A DNA stretch of 64,000 nucleotides from a virus (Duplodnaviria; Caudoviricetes), in the IMG/VR virus record IMGVR_UViG_3300032227_001145, positions 4,688 to 68,687 of that record; one strand, given 5' to 3'. The notes beneath the pieces were generated by a model that was not told the origin of the DNA, ran no database searches, and saw only the letters and a list, made by a program, of their open reading frames with translations. This document shows positions 27,914-38,115 of this stretch, piece by piece. Each line of letters opens with the position of its first letter. The stretch's first letter is position 1. The position numbers and the translations under genes were made by a program.

Positions 27914-28519
27914 ATGAAATATACACTCTACAAACCAAATTCAAAAAACACTGGCGCAGCATTTAGTTTCGATTTGGTAAATGATCGCAATAACAAGCCA
28001 GTTCTATTCGTTTCAATGATTCAGCAACATAGTTGGAACGATTCAGCAAAAACAGGATCTTTTAAAGAAAACGCCAAGAACCCAGAAAAGTCAGCTACAA
28101 TTAAGCTAACCGAGAACGAAGCTGGCGAGTTTCTATCATCATTCAAGACTCGCATTCCATATGTGGCTTTCCACAAGAAGGACGATTCAACTACAATTAT
28201 TAAACTCACTCCTTGGGATAAAGCTCGAAAAGTAAAAGAGCAAAATGGAGAACAATCTTTTAATACACCTGCATGGGGATTTAGCGTAAGCAAGAACTCT
28301 TCTCAGTTATTTAAGCTTCCAATCGAAGCAGGAGAAGCAGAGGTTCTTTCTGAATTGTTTAGAGTATATATTACAAAAGTTCTTGAATCTAGCGGCAACG
28401 AATACAAAAAGGAAGATCGCCCCCAACAATATCAAAAAAAGGCTCCTAGAAAAGAATATCAAGAAAAATCAACAGCAGCGGTAGTAGCAGAATCTGAAGA
28501 AGATGATGTCCCATTCTAA
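27914..28519 (+). CDS. Putative non-OB ssDNA-binding protein with SSB-like acidic tail
   Basis: Ends SEEDDVPF (compare bacterial SSB DDDIPF); start set at ATG 27914. Confidence 0.6.
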   Translation: MKYTLYKPNSKNTGAAFSFDLVNDRNNKPVLFVSMIQQHSWNDSAKTGSFKENAKNPEKSATIKLTENEAGEFLSSFKTRIPYVAFHKKDDSTTIIKLTPWDKARKVKEQNGEQSFNTPAWGFSVSKNSSQLFKLPIEAGEAEVLSELFRVYITKVLESSGNEYKKEDRPQQYQKKAPRKEYQEKSTAAVVAESEEDDVPF

Positions 28520-30212
28520 ATTAAAAGTTTTAGTTCATTCCAATTATTCTAGATTGGTTACTGGCTTCGGTAAGAATATGAAAAATATTCTTCTCGCACT
28601 TCATAACGATCCAGATATTGAAGTATTTGAAGCTGCAAATGGAGTTAAATATGGAGTCGATATGATGACTCCTTGGAAGAGCTTTGGAACAATGCCTTCT
28701 GATCATAATTTGCTTCAAATGATCAACAATGATCCAGTCAAGATAAGAGCTGCTCAGTATGGATTTTACACAATAGATAAAATTGTAGAAGAAGTTCAGC
28801 CAGACGTTTATCTAGGCATTGAAGACATCTGGGCATTTTCTGAATTTGATAAAAAGCCTTGGTGGAATAAAACAAAAAAGATTCTTTGGACTACCCTAGA
28901 TAGTTTGCCGATTTTAGATCAGGCTCTTCAAATGGAGCCAAAGTGCGACAAGATGCTGGTTTGGGCAACCTTTGCTGAAAAGGCTATGCACGAACTTGGT
29001 CATACAGAAGTTGAAACTGTTCATGGTGCAGTTGATTATAGTCACTTCAAGCCTCTTTACAATAGAGATGAACTCAGAAGAAAACATAATCTTCAAGACG
29101 ATTACGTTATTGGTTTCGTATTTAAAAATCAATTAAGAAAATCTGTTCCAAATATTTTAGAAGGATTTAAAATATTTAAGTCAGAAAATCCAAACATCAA
29201 GACAAAACTACTACTTCATACAGATTGGGCAGAGAAGGATATGGGTTGGGATATTCCAAGATATATTAAAGAAAAAAATTTAGATCCAAAAGAAATTCTA
29301 GCAACTTACGTTTGTCATAGGTGCGATAATTATTTTCTTAGCGGTTATGATGGTGAAGATAAAAATTGCCCATGCTGCAATTCTGAAAAATCTGTTAAAA
29401 CAAAAAATAGCGCAAGAGGTGTTCGAGAAAAAGAACTTAATGAAATTTATAATATCATGGACGTATATTGCCATCCGTTTACAAGCGGTGGTCAAGAACT
29501 TCCAATTCAAGAAGCGAAAGCAGCGGGTCTTATTACCCTTGTGACTGATTATTCCTGCGGCACCGATTCTGCTTATCCACATCAAGGCGGTCTTCCACTT
29601 AAATGGAACGAATACAGAGAACCAAGCACTCAGTTTATTAAGGCAACAACTTGTCCAAATAGCATTGCCGAAATGCTAAAACAAGTTTACGAAATGCCGT
29701 TAATACAAAAGCAAGTATTGATAGAAAATGCAAAAAGACATGTCGAAGAGAGATTCTCTGTGCAAACCACAGTCAAAAAGCTTAAAGAAATAATTTCTAA
29801 TGTAAAATTAAAAACAAAAGCGGATGAAATTTTTAATAATCAACAACCAACACAATCTCTAGAAGATATTTTAAGTGATGTTGAGTTAGAAAATAGAATA
29901 GCAGTTGTAATGGGGGAATCTGGTGGAGATGTTTTGATGATAAATTCTATGATAGAGAATCTAAATTCTCTCTATCCAGAAAAGAAAATTTTTGTTTTCA
30001 CAAGACATGATTTTTTTGACTTTATAAACGACAATCCATTTGTATACAAATTGCTTCCATATACTAATCAAATAGATAATCTCTTAGCGCTAGAAGGACA
30101 AGGAGCGCACAAGGGTCTTTTTAATATTGCATTTTTGCCTTATATTGGAACTCAAAGAATATTAAATTATATGCATAATGGTCAAGATAAAACACAATTT
30201 GAATTAAGATGA
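28503..30212 (+). CDS. GT4 glycosyltransferase fused to a GT9-like N-terminal half
   Basis: FKNQLRKSVP, PFTSGGQELPIQEAKAAG; C-terminal ESGGDVLMINSMIENLNSLYPEKKIFVFT. Confidence 0.8.
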   Translation: MMSHSKLKVLVHSNYSRLVTGFGKNMKNILLALHNDPDIEVFEAANGVKYGVDMMTPWKSFGTMPSDHNLLQMINNDPVKIRAAQYGFYTIDKIVEEVQPDVYLGIEDIWAFSEFDKKPWWNKTKKILWTTLDSLPILDQALQMEPKCDKMLVWATFAEKAMHELGHTEVETVHGAVDYSHFKPLYNRDELRRKHNLQDDYVIGFVFKNQLRKSVPNILEGFKIFKSENPNIKTKLLLHTDWAEKDMGWDIPRYIKEKNLDPKEILATYVCHRCDNYFLSGYDGEDKNCPCCNSEKSVKTKNSARGVREKELNEIYNIMDVYCHPFTSGGQELPIQEAKAAGLITLVTDYSCGTDSAYPHQGGLPLKWNEYREPSTQFIKATTCPNSIAEMLKQVYEMPLIQKQVLIENAKRHVEERFSVQTTVKKLKEIISNVKLKTKADEIFNNQQPTQSLEDILSDVELENRIAVVMGESGGDVLMINSMIENLNSLYPEKKIFVFTRHDFFDFINDNPFVYKLLPYTNQIDNLLALEGQGAHKGLFNIAFLPYIGTQRILNYMHNGQDKTQFELR

Positions 30213-31324
30213 GCCACCTAGCAGAAGTATATGCAAAAGACCTTGGAGTAAAAATTGGTAATCCAATTTTTAAGCCTCATTTCTTTCCTATCGTTGATGA
30301 TAACTATATCACGATTCACACAGATAATAATGTTCAATCAAAGCATTATGACTACTGGGATGAAGTTATAACAATTGTCAAAAAAAATACTGAAAATATA
30401 AAATTTATCCAAATTGGCTCTGGAAGAGAACCAATTATACAAAATGCGGATAAATTTATTCAAACAAATTCTATAAAACAATCCTCATACATTATCGAAC
30501 GCGGATTAATGCACGTTGGTATTGATAGCGCACCAGTTCATATTGCTTCTGTATTAAACAAGCCAATAGTAGCAATTTACGCTCATACATACGCAGCTAC
30601 TTGCTGTCCTCTTTGGGGCGACAAAAGCAAGCAGATAATTATAGAATCTCACAGGGATGGAGAAAAGCCTTCTTTTTCTAATCAAGAGGCTGACAAAAAA
30701 ATAAATAAAATTCACCCAGAAGAAATAGCCAATGCAATTCTTAAACTGCTTAATCGCGGCAAAGCAAACTTTAAAACTCTTTTTATTGGAAAAAAATATA
30801 AAGAACAATTGTTTGAAGTTATTCCTGACCATTCATACGATATTCAATCAAATAATATGGTCATCAGAATGGATCATTGTCATAATGAGAATAATATAAT
30901 TCAATTACTAGGTAAAAACGAATGCTTAATTGTTACTAAAAAACCAATATCAAAGTCGCTTTTATCACACCAAAACATCAAGAGAGTAAATTATGTTTCA
31001 GACTGTTTTGACAGGGGATTTATAGAAGATTTAAAATCATTAGGTAAAGATTTTGCATTATTGTGTTCGTCTGAAGAAAATTTAAATTCAGAACGAGCCA
31101 AGTTTTTTGACGATCACATTCTTCTTTATGATGAATCTAAGAAAATTTGCGAAAATAAAGAAAAAATAAAATTAGACAAATTTAATTTTTCTAGTTTTAA
31201 AAAGGTGTTAAAAAACAAAAAGATTCATAATAGCCACTACGAAGCTAATGATTCAAAAAATCTAGATGATTTTTATCTTGACCTAGAGAATATGTTTTTA
31301 TATACTCTTGATCATGAACAATAA
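30209..31324 (+). CDS. GT9-like C-terminal-half glycosyltransferase domain plus unknown domain
   Basis: YITIH..SKHYDYW, IQIG, HVGIDSAPVHIASVLNKPIVAIY. Confidence 0.75.
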   Translation: MSHLAEVYAKDLGVKIGNPIFKPHFFPIVDDNYITIHTDNNVQSKHYDYWDEVITIVKKNTENIKFIQIGSGREPIIQNADKFIQTNSIKQSSYIIERGLMHVGIDSAPVHIASVLNKPIVAIYAHTYAATCCPLWGDKSKQIIIESHRDGEKPSFSNQEADKKINKIHPEEIANAILKLLNRGKANFKTLFIGKKYKEQLFEVIPDHSYDIQSNNMVIRMDHCHNENNIIQLLGKNECLIVTKKPISKSLLSHQNIKRVNYVSDCFDRGFIEDLKSLGKDFALLCSSEENLNSERAKFFDDHILLYDESKKICENKEKIKLDKFNFSSFKKVLKNKKIHNSHYEANDSKNLDDFYLDLENMFLYTLDHEQ

Positions 31325-32084
31325 AAAAGTCTACGGTCCAGATCTCTATAAGCGCAACGAACACGGTCTTCTTGAAAATGTTGATTACATCTTTAATCAA
31401 GATGGTTCTGTTGATTGGCGAGCAATGATCAGACCAGAATTTCTTTATCCAAATAAAGATTGGTTCTCAGCTAGAGGCAAAGAGCTTCCTTCCTCGCCAG
31501 AAGGCTTAGATGACAAGCAACTATTGATCATGCTTGGAGGCATCAAAGAGCTTGCTCGACTTCGTGGATTTCGTTCTGTCTCATTTGAAACTAAAAATGA
31601 AGACAATGGCTATGTTACTGCAAAATGTAAAATTGAATGGATTGAAAATTACGAAACAGGCGGAATTGGTGTTTTGTATGAAGATGTGGCTAATGCTACC
31701 TTAGCTAATACAGATTCTTTCTGCGCAAAGTTTTTGGAAACGATTGCTTGCAATCGAGCATTTGTTCGTTGCGTTCGCAACTACCTTAATGTTCATATTG
31801 TTGGCGCTGATGAAATTGACAAATCCAAGGGTGCAAACAATTCAAGTTCTGTCGAATATGATTCAGCAGAATCTTCAAACATTAACCTAACTCCTTCTGC
31901 AATGCTTGAGAAGGCTGTAAAAGAGAAGACTGGATCGGATTCTTTCGATCAGTTTAAGAATGTTCTTCGAGAATTTTGGAAACAAGAAAAGTATCGAAAT
32001 GAAGCTGCAAAAGAGTGGACTTCGTTTAATGATATTCCAGCAAAAGAATCTCGCAAGCTTCTTTCGTTAATTAAAACATTATAA
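31308..32084 (+). CDS. Possible Rad52/Sak-like single-strand annealing protein
   Basis: LGGIKELARLRG..beta strands..ETIACNRAFVRCVRNYL resembles the AETRA..RA helix of annealing proteins; recalled, not searched. Confidence 0.4.
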   Translation: MIMNNKKVYGPDLYKRNEHGLLENVDYIFNQDGSVDWRAMIRPEFLYPNKDWFSARGKELPSSPEGLDDKQLLIMLGGIKELARLRGFRSVSFETKNEDNGYVTAKCKIEWIENYETGGIGVLYEDVANATLANTDSFCAKFLETIACNRAFVRCVRNYLNVHIVGADEIDKSKGANNSSSVEYDSAESSNINLTPSAMLEKAVKEKTGSDSFDQFKNVLREFWKQEKYRNEAAKEWTSFNDIPAKESRKLLSLIKTL

Positions 32085-34379
32085 ACCCATAGTATTTCTC
32101 TGACGCGCAGAGAACTTTAATGATTTCTCTTTTATCAAGTTTGCCACTCCATCAGATATAATGAGATTTTCGTCTATCTGAAGAATAGGTACCGTAGATC
32201 TTGACTCCGTTGTTGTGGCTCCTTGTCCACCAAGCCTAATTTGTAGGCCAGAAAGAGTAATATCAAATTTAGGTATATTTATGCCAGCCATCGTCTTAGA
32301 GGATGATTTTAAACCTTTTGTTGAAGCTGCGCTAGAATTTGATTTTTCCAAAATATTCATTTCTGATAATGTTCCGTTTTTAACATTAAATTGAACTGGA
32401 TTAAGAGGATCTCCACTAGCGCCACCTAAAATTGTTTTTGTTATCACAAGTTCGATTTTATCTAGAAGTTCTGTTGATTTTTCTCCCCAAGAATCAAGAT
32501 TTGCTTTTCTATCATCTTCTTTTTTCTGCTCTTCAGCGTCTCTTGGGTCTGTAGTTGGCCTTCTTGTTCTTGTATAATTTACTTTTATAGTTGAAGATTT
32601 TTTTGAATCTTTAATTCTTTTGGTAAATAAATTCTTTGAAGTGGTAGTCAATCTTCCAATTGATTCTTTTAATTTTGGAGAAAAGCCTGCATATCTTTTT
32701 TTCTGTGGAGTTTCATATATAATAAAATTCTCCTCATTAAATAAATCATATAGCTTCATTTCTTCTGAAGTCATTTCTTTACTTTCAGAGTTTCCGTAAG
32801 GCTTTAATGCAATGAAATGATGGTCCCCAGATCCAGTAGCTTTTGTAGTTTTAGCTAGATCTTCTAAAGAAATCTCTTCTTTGCCAAGAGCTTTCAATAA
32901 TGAAGCTATTGACTGTAATCCTTCAACATTTTCAAGCAGCTCCTTTTCAAAAAAAGGTCCACTAACATTACCATCGCTTGAGCTGCAACTCATTCTAACA
33001 GCCTTCCATTCGGAATAAGCGTTAGATATATAAATAGTATTATTTAATATATCAAATGCATTTTGTACCAATTCAAATACTGTAGATTCGCTTGGAAGTT
33101 GATTTTCGCCAATTGGTAAAAACTGACCCTTTTTTAAATCAAACTTTCCTTTAAAAGCTTCCTCGGCTCTTTTTGCTGCTGCTGACCATTTATATACTTC
33201 ACTCCAAGTTTTAAAAGAAGTATCAGAATCAAACTTTGCTGTATAATATTCTCCAAATAATTCTTCAGCTTTTATTTTTTTATAACCCAATGCATAAATA
33301 GAGATTGCATCAAATGCAATTGAAGAGAATTTAGAAGCAGCATAAGATCCGTAAAAGAATTCAAATCCTTTTGATGGAATGCCTAGTTCAACTTTTCCAA
33401 GAATATCTACCAACTTAAATCTAGCAATTCTTTGCTTATCTGGATATTCATATTCAAATTTCTTTGGAGAAATTTTTGACATATACGAATTTGCAATTAC
33501 TGGCTTAAGAGCATTTATCGTATAAGATGAGCTTAGAATATCTGGCGAGTTACTTTGTGTAGGATCTGGAATATTTAAATTAACTGCTGATTGAGAAGAT
33601 ATTAAATTTACTGTCCCAGCAAATGGATCAATGTACCAATATAATCCAAATGTTGAAGCTACAGAGGATATAACAGAATCTAAACTTCCCGACGTATCAA
33701 ATAAAAGATCTGATCTATTAGGGAGTCCTTTAACATTAATGCCAGCCAAAGCAAATGCTGCATTTAGTTCTGACAATGTATACCCATATTTTAAAACAGA
33801 AGAATTTAAATCTGGGTTATTTTTATACCAAGAGCTAACTAAACTTGAATTATAGGATAATTCTTCTTTTAAATTTCCATCTTGATAAATTAAAGATACT
33901 CTATAATTTTCTTCTCCCTCAATCGTTTCAGAAATTTCATTATAAATTTGTCCTATGATAAGTGCTCCACCCTGTCTTTGAGGAGGTTTTTCTGGAAATT
34001 TTTTAGTAGAATTTGAATTTTTACATTCTCCAAAAAATGGAACCAGTCCCTTATAAGATAAGTTTCCATCTGGAGAAATATCTTTCCCCCGAACAGCAAT
34101 AAAATATGATTTTAATAATAAAGAAATTCTGTCTTGATATTGCCTTGTAACAGTTGTTTTAATTGGATCTCTCGAATAAGTTTCTTCAGTCATTATAAAA
34201 TTTTTAAATGCTGAATTAATTGAGCTATTAGAAAATGTAACTCTTGAACCAGCGGAGCCAATTAAAGAGCCAAGAGAACCTCCTAACCCTATAGCACCAA
34301 TTACGCTACTTGTAGATGCTGAATGACCACCACCTCCATTAGTGAAATTCATATCTAAAGCAACCAAAGTTTCACTCAT
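32079..34379 (-). CDS. Tail-tip/hub-type virion protein
   Basis: Last gene of the operon after the tape measure; TFGLYWYIDP segment resembles tail hub proteins. Confidence 0.5.
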   Translation of the reverse strand: MSETLVALDMNFTNGGGGHSASTSSVIGAIGLGGSLGSLIGSAGSRVTFSNSSINSAFKNFIMTEETYSRDPIKTTVTRQYQDRISLLLKSYFIAVRGKDISPDGNLSYKGLVPFFGECKNSNSTKKFPEKPPQRQGGALIIGQIYNEISETIEGEENYRVSLIYQDGNLKEELSYNSSLVSSWYKNNPDLNSSVLKYGYTLSELNAAFALAGINVKGLPNRSDLLFDTSGSLDSVISSVASTFGLYWYIDPFAGTVNLISSQSAVNLNIPDPTQSNSPDILSSSYTINALKPVIANSYMSKISPKKFEYEYPDKQRIARFKLVDILGKVELGIPSKGFEFFYGSYAASKFSSIAFDAISIYALGYKKIKAEELFGEYYTAKFDSDTSFKTWSEVYKWSAAAKRAEEAFKGKFDLKKGQFLPIGENQLPSESTVFELVQNAFDILNNTIYISNAYSEWKAVRMSCSSSDGNVSGPFFEKELLENVEGLQSIASLLKALGKEEISLEDLAKTTKATGSGDHHFIALKPYGNSESKEMTSEEMKLYDLFNEENFIIYETPQKKRYAGFSPKLKESIGRLTTTSKNLFTKRIKDSKKSSTIKVNYTRTRRPTTDPRDAEEQKKEDDRKANLDSWGEKSTELLDKIELVITKTILGGASGDPLNPVQFNVKNGTLSEMNILEKSNSSAASTKGLKSSSKTMAGINIPKFDITLSGLQIRLGGQGATTTESRSTVPILQIDENLIISDGVANLIKEKSLKFSARQRNTMGL

Positions 34380-35137
34380 AAATTATAGTTATTTTCTTCG
34401 TAAGAAATAAATTCTATACGACAATTTACACCAGTTTTAACAAATGTAACTCCAGTATAAAGCTGAAGAAAATCAGATTCAAGCTGCTCCATGCCATTAA
34501 TGTAATAATCTACTTGGTCCTCTATAAATAAAACAGATCCATATAAATCTGGATAATCTGATTCTGCGTCTAAAGTTTTTTGTCTTTTCTTTATTGCAAA
34601 TAACTTGCCAGTAGTTGAATTTGATGGATACTCATTAAGAATTATTTTTTGTCCATTTAAAAAAACATAATAATTATTAAACATCAATGATACAGATGTT
34701 ATGGTTGGATCACTTGCTGCTACTTTAAGTCTTAATCCCGTAATTGAAGAGTCTACGCTCGAAATTCCTTGTTTTAAAACAGCAACTCCAGTGGAAAACT
34801 CTCTTCTATCATAAATTAACGAATCGCTATTTGATAGAGAAATTTCATCAGCCATTCTAAACGAGCTAAAATAGCTTGCTTCATCTGGAGTTAAAAAATA
34901 ATCTCCAGTAAAAATATAATCATAATTTATGTTTTTTCCGCTTACACGAACAGAAGTTTCTTCTAATAATATTTGAGAATTTAGTGAAACAAATGAAGCA
35001 TGTTTTCCTGTAATAACACTATTGTCATAAAACATTTCTGATAGACCATACGAGGCAGGAGTATTTCTATAAATAGTGTCATTTAAACTACCAGAAATTG
35101 ACCGATCTCCAGTTGATATAACAAAAGAATAATTCAT
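34376..35137 (-). CDS. Virion (tail-tip) protein
   Basis: Position in the tail operon; VFLNGQ and YYINGMEQ repeats. Confidence 0.5.
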   Translation of the reverse strand: MNYSFVISTGDRSISGSLNDTIYRNTPASYGLSEMFYDNSVITGKHASFVSLNSQILLEETSVRVSGKNINYDYIFTGDYFLTPDEASYFSSFRMADEISLSNSDSLIYDRREFSTGVAVLKQGISSVDSSITGLRLKVAASDPTITSVSLMFNNYYVFLNGQKIILNEYPSNSTTGKLFAIKKRQKTLDAESDYPDLYGSVLFIEDQVDYYINGMEQLESDFLQLYTGVTFVKTGVNCRIEFISYEENNYNL

Positions 35138-36513
35138 GAATCTCTACCTCCTAAATAATAAATATAATTTTTCTTCAAGTTTTGCGAATTGCCGCTAAAT
35201 AATATTCCAGAAGCGGGATCTGTGAATTCGGAATAACTTTCTGTTAGAGGCGTTTGAACGACTCCACTAATTTCATTTAATAATCCCGTTTTCGCAATCT
35301 TGCCATATAAATTAATAGTTGTAGATTCTTGTCCAGTAACTTCTGTTATAATATAATTAGTAATAGACTGTGAAACATTTTGTAGACCAAGTGTAGCAAA
35401 AGCTCCATCGCCAGTTGGATAGTATATATATCCAGAGTTTGGATGAAGGAATCCTAATTCTTCTTTATATGAAATATTTTGCCCACCAGCATAGAGGTTA
35501 TAATATTTAAAATATCTTTCTCCTTCTTTTACTGATTGAGAGCTTCCTGCTTGATAACTACCAGTTATATACTCTCGCCCTGTATGAAGAGTTAGCGTGC
35601 CAGTAACTTGGTATTCATATCCAGTAATTCCAGTTTTATAAATTACAGAATCAGAATATCCAGTAATTCTTGTTTTAATTGTTTCTACAGGAGCAGAATA
35701 AAAATAATCTCCAATTATTCCAGATCCAATATATTTTAAATAATAATCTGAAACAACACCACTAAAAATAGCTAATTGATTAATTGATCCAGAAAATGTT
35801 AAATTGGCAGGACTTGTTGATCTATAATATTGGTTAGATCCACCAAAATATAAATAGTCAGAATTTGCAATATAGTTGCTTGTTGTTTGTATTTCTTCTT
35901 GCTCGATGCTATTATTAAGATAATCTAACCTACTAACTGAAATAGAATCTCCGTAAGAGCTTATTCCAATAATATTTCTTTTCGATAGCTCTATATTTAA
36001 TAAGCTAGAAATTTGATCTCCATCAGAACCATAAGCTTGTAAAAATAAATGCCCTCTACAATCAACGCCAACATTAAAGCCCTTTGATCCTGTATAATTA
36101 ATACCATTAACTGTTTCTGTGAATTTTTCAAATGTTCCAAAAAGAATTCCATCTGTAATTGGTCCACTAAATTCAAAATCAATTATCATTCCAAAATCAT
36201 CAAGATTTAAATCGTGTATTGGTATTCTTAAATTTGTTCTGCTTAAATTTAAACCAGATCGAATTCCAGAAAAAGAAAGTCCAGTAGCTATAGCTAGCGT
36301 GCTTCCTGTTGCACTAAGCATATGTGCTTGGTATTTTCCAGTATTATATGCTGGATAAAAATTTTTCAATATGCCAGTATATGGAGAAGAGCCTGAGATA
36401 TAAAAACTGTTATTTACAGAAGATCCAGTTATTGTAAAATCATAATAAGCGGCCAGTCTTTCATTAGATGAAAAAGATTCTGTCAGTAAGTAGTTTATTG
36501 CATCAGCACTCAT
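35134..36513 (-). CDS. Virion protein with a LamG/concanavalin-like region
   Basis: LAAYYDF..LYFGG..FSGSINQLAIFSG resembles LamG-like tail domains. Confidence 0.55.
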   Translation of the reverse strand: MSADAINYLLTESFSSNERLAAYYDFTITGSSVNNSFYISGSSPYTGILKNFYPAYNTGKYQAHMLSATGSTLAIATGLSFSGIRSGLNLSRTNLRIPIHDLNLDDFGMIIDFEFSGPITDGILFGTFEKFTETVNGINYTGSKGFNVGVDCRGHLFLQAYGSDGDQISSLLNIELSKRNIIGISSYGDSISVSRLDYLNNSIEQEEIQTTSNYIANSDYLYFGGSNQYYRSTSPANLTFSGSINQLAIFSGVVSDYYLKYIGSGIIGDYFYSAPVETIKTRITGYSDSVIYKTGITGYEYQVTGTLTLHTGREYITGSYQAGSSQSVKEGERYFKYYNLYAGGQNISYKEELGFLHPNSGYIYYPTGDGAFATLGLQNVSQSITNYIITEVTGQESTTINLYGKIAKTGLLNEISGVVQTPLTESYSEFTDPASGILFSGNSQNLKKNYIYYLGGRDS

Positions 36514-38111
36514 TAATAATATTTTGATAAATTAAATGTGATATTATTAGTTTCAATTGTTTGCGAATTTGAAATCTCGAATAATCCGCTACAATAACCA
36601 GATACTAAATTTTTTAAAATAGATAAATCGCTTTCCTTATTGTTGGCAGATGCGTTTACAGAATATTGACCAAGCGATCTGGTTGAAACAACTTGCGCTG
36701 CAAATCCACCAACACTTTCTTGAACATTTGTTAAAACAAGTGGTTTAACATCTGCAATACTCATATTGAAATCTTTCAATTGACCACTAGAATAATCTAT
36801 ACTATTATTATATGTATAATCATAAGAAATTTCATTTGCAAAAGGGTTTTTTTGTATTGAAAAACTTATAGGCTCTGGATTCAATGATGAGGAATTAAAT
36901 TTATATCCAGTGGCAACTGATATAAAATCATCAAAAGCATTTCTTGCCAATAAAAATTGATTTACGCCAGTCAAGGCATTTTCAATTGCTAAAAATCTTG
37001 CATTATCAGGTCCAGCCTCTCCAGTATTTGAAATTGCCAAATCACTTCCATTATATGTTAAAGAACCTTTAATTGTCACGTTTGATATTGCCTGATCTTT
37101 TGAACAAGCAATACTTACATCGTATTTGTGTAATACATTGCCAATCAAATCTAAATTTTCTGGATCTTCAAACTTAAAGGAAAAATCCAACTTGTTAGAA
37201 CCAGTATTAATTGTATAATCAAAAAAGGTTGGTCCATTTGAAACAAATGAATAGACTCCTTGTTCAAAATTTGAAGAAGAATTAATAATTGTATTTAAAG
37301 CAATCTCTGTGGCTTGACTTGGAGTAAAGTCGCCAGTGGTTAAAAGCCCACCATTAATACATGCATCAATAGATCCCTGTAAGCTACCATTTATTGATAT
37401 AGATAATTGTTGGTTTTTGCTATAAGCAATAGATGAAGTATAAGTAAGAAGTCCATTTTGTGGAATAGAATAGTCTGAAGCTGAGTAATTATATACTTCT
37501 GTCACTCCATATTTATTATTTTTTCTATCTATATCTTCTGTGCGAGAAACTAAAAAACCACTTGACTTCGGTTGATTAAAAAAAGAAATATGCTCAAATC
37601 CATTTTGCAATTTGCCAGTAACAAAAGATCTTGCATTATCAAATGGATCGTTTCCATTTATTTTAACACCCTTGGCAGAAACAGTGTGGGTAGCTTGTAT
37701 AATTTTATTATCTTGCTCAGAATATGACCAGCTATTTTGTGGATCTTCAATTCCAAAATATTCTGAAAAGCTATGGTTTTCATATGTTGTTAAATTAACT
37801 GTATATGGTAATATTGTTGTCAAATCACCTTCTGCGAACTCAATTGAATTAACAACACATTCTCCGAAAATCCTTTGTTCACTTCCTATAGAAATAGTGA
37901 GATCTTGATATTCGTCCAAAAATCCACTAATCATTCGCATTTTTTGCAAATGCAATCCACTTAAATTAGATCCAGTCAAAAACCCTATGACATCAACAGA
38001 AATTGATTTATGGTCATATTTTCCAGCAACTTTAATTAAATTATCGCTTTCAGCGATTGCTGGAAGCGGACTTGGAAAATAATAACTACCATATGTTATT
38101 TGATCTGGCAT
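36513..38111 (-). CDS. Tail-tip virion protein
   Basis: Beta-rich; tail operon position. Confidence 0.5.
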   Translation of the reverse strand: MPDQITYGSYYFPSPLPAIAESDNLIKVAGKYDHKSISVDVIGFLTGSNLSGLHLQKMRMISGFLDEYQDLTISIGSEQRIFGECVVNSIEFAEGDLTTILPYTVNLTTYENHSFSEYFGIEDPQNSWSYSEQDNKIIQATHTVSAKGVKINGNDPFDNARSFVTGKLQNGFEHISFFNQPKSSGFLVSRTEDIDRKNNKYGVTEVYNYSASDYSIPQNGLLTYTSSIAYSKNQQLSISINGSLQGSIDACINGGLLTTGDFTPSQATEIALNTIINSSSNFEQGVYSFVSNGPTFFDYTINTGSNKLDFSFKFEDPENLDLIGNVLHKYDVSIACSKDQAISNVTIKGSLTYNGSDLAISNTGEAGPDNARFLAIENALTGVNQFLLARNAFDDFISVATGYKFNSSSLNPEPISFSIQKNPFANEISYDYTYNNSIDYSSGQLKDFNMSIADVKPLVLTNVQESVGGFAAQVVSTRSLGQYSVNASANNKESDLSILKNLVSGYCSGLFEISNSQTIETNNITFNLSKYY

Positions 38112-38115
38112 TAAA

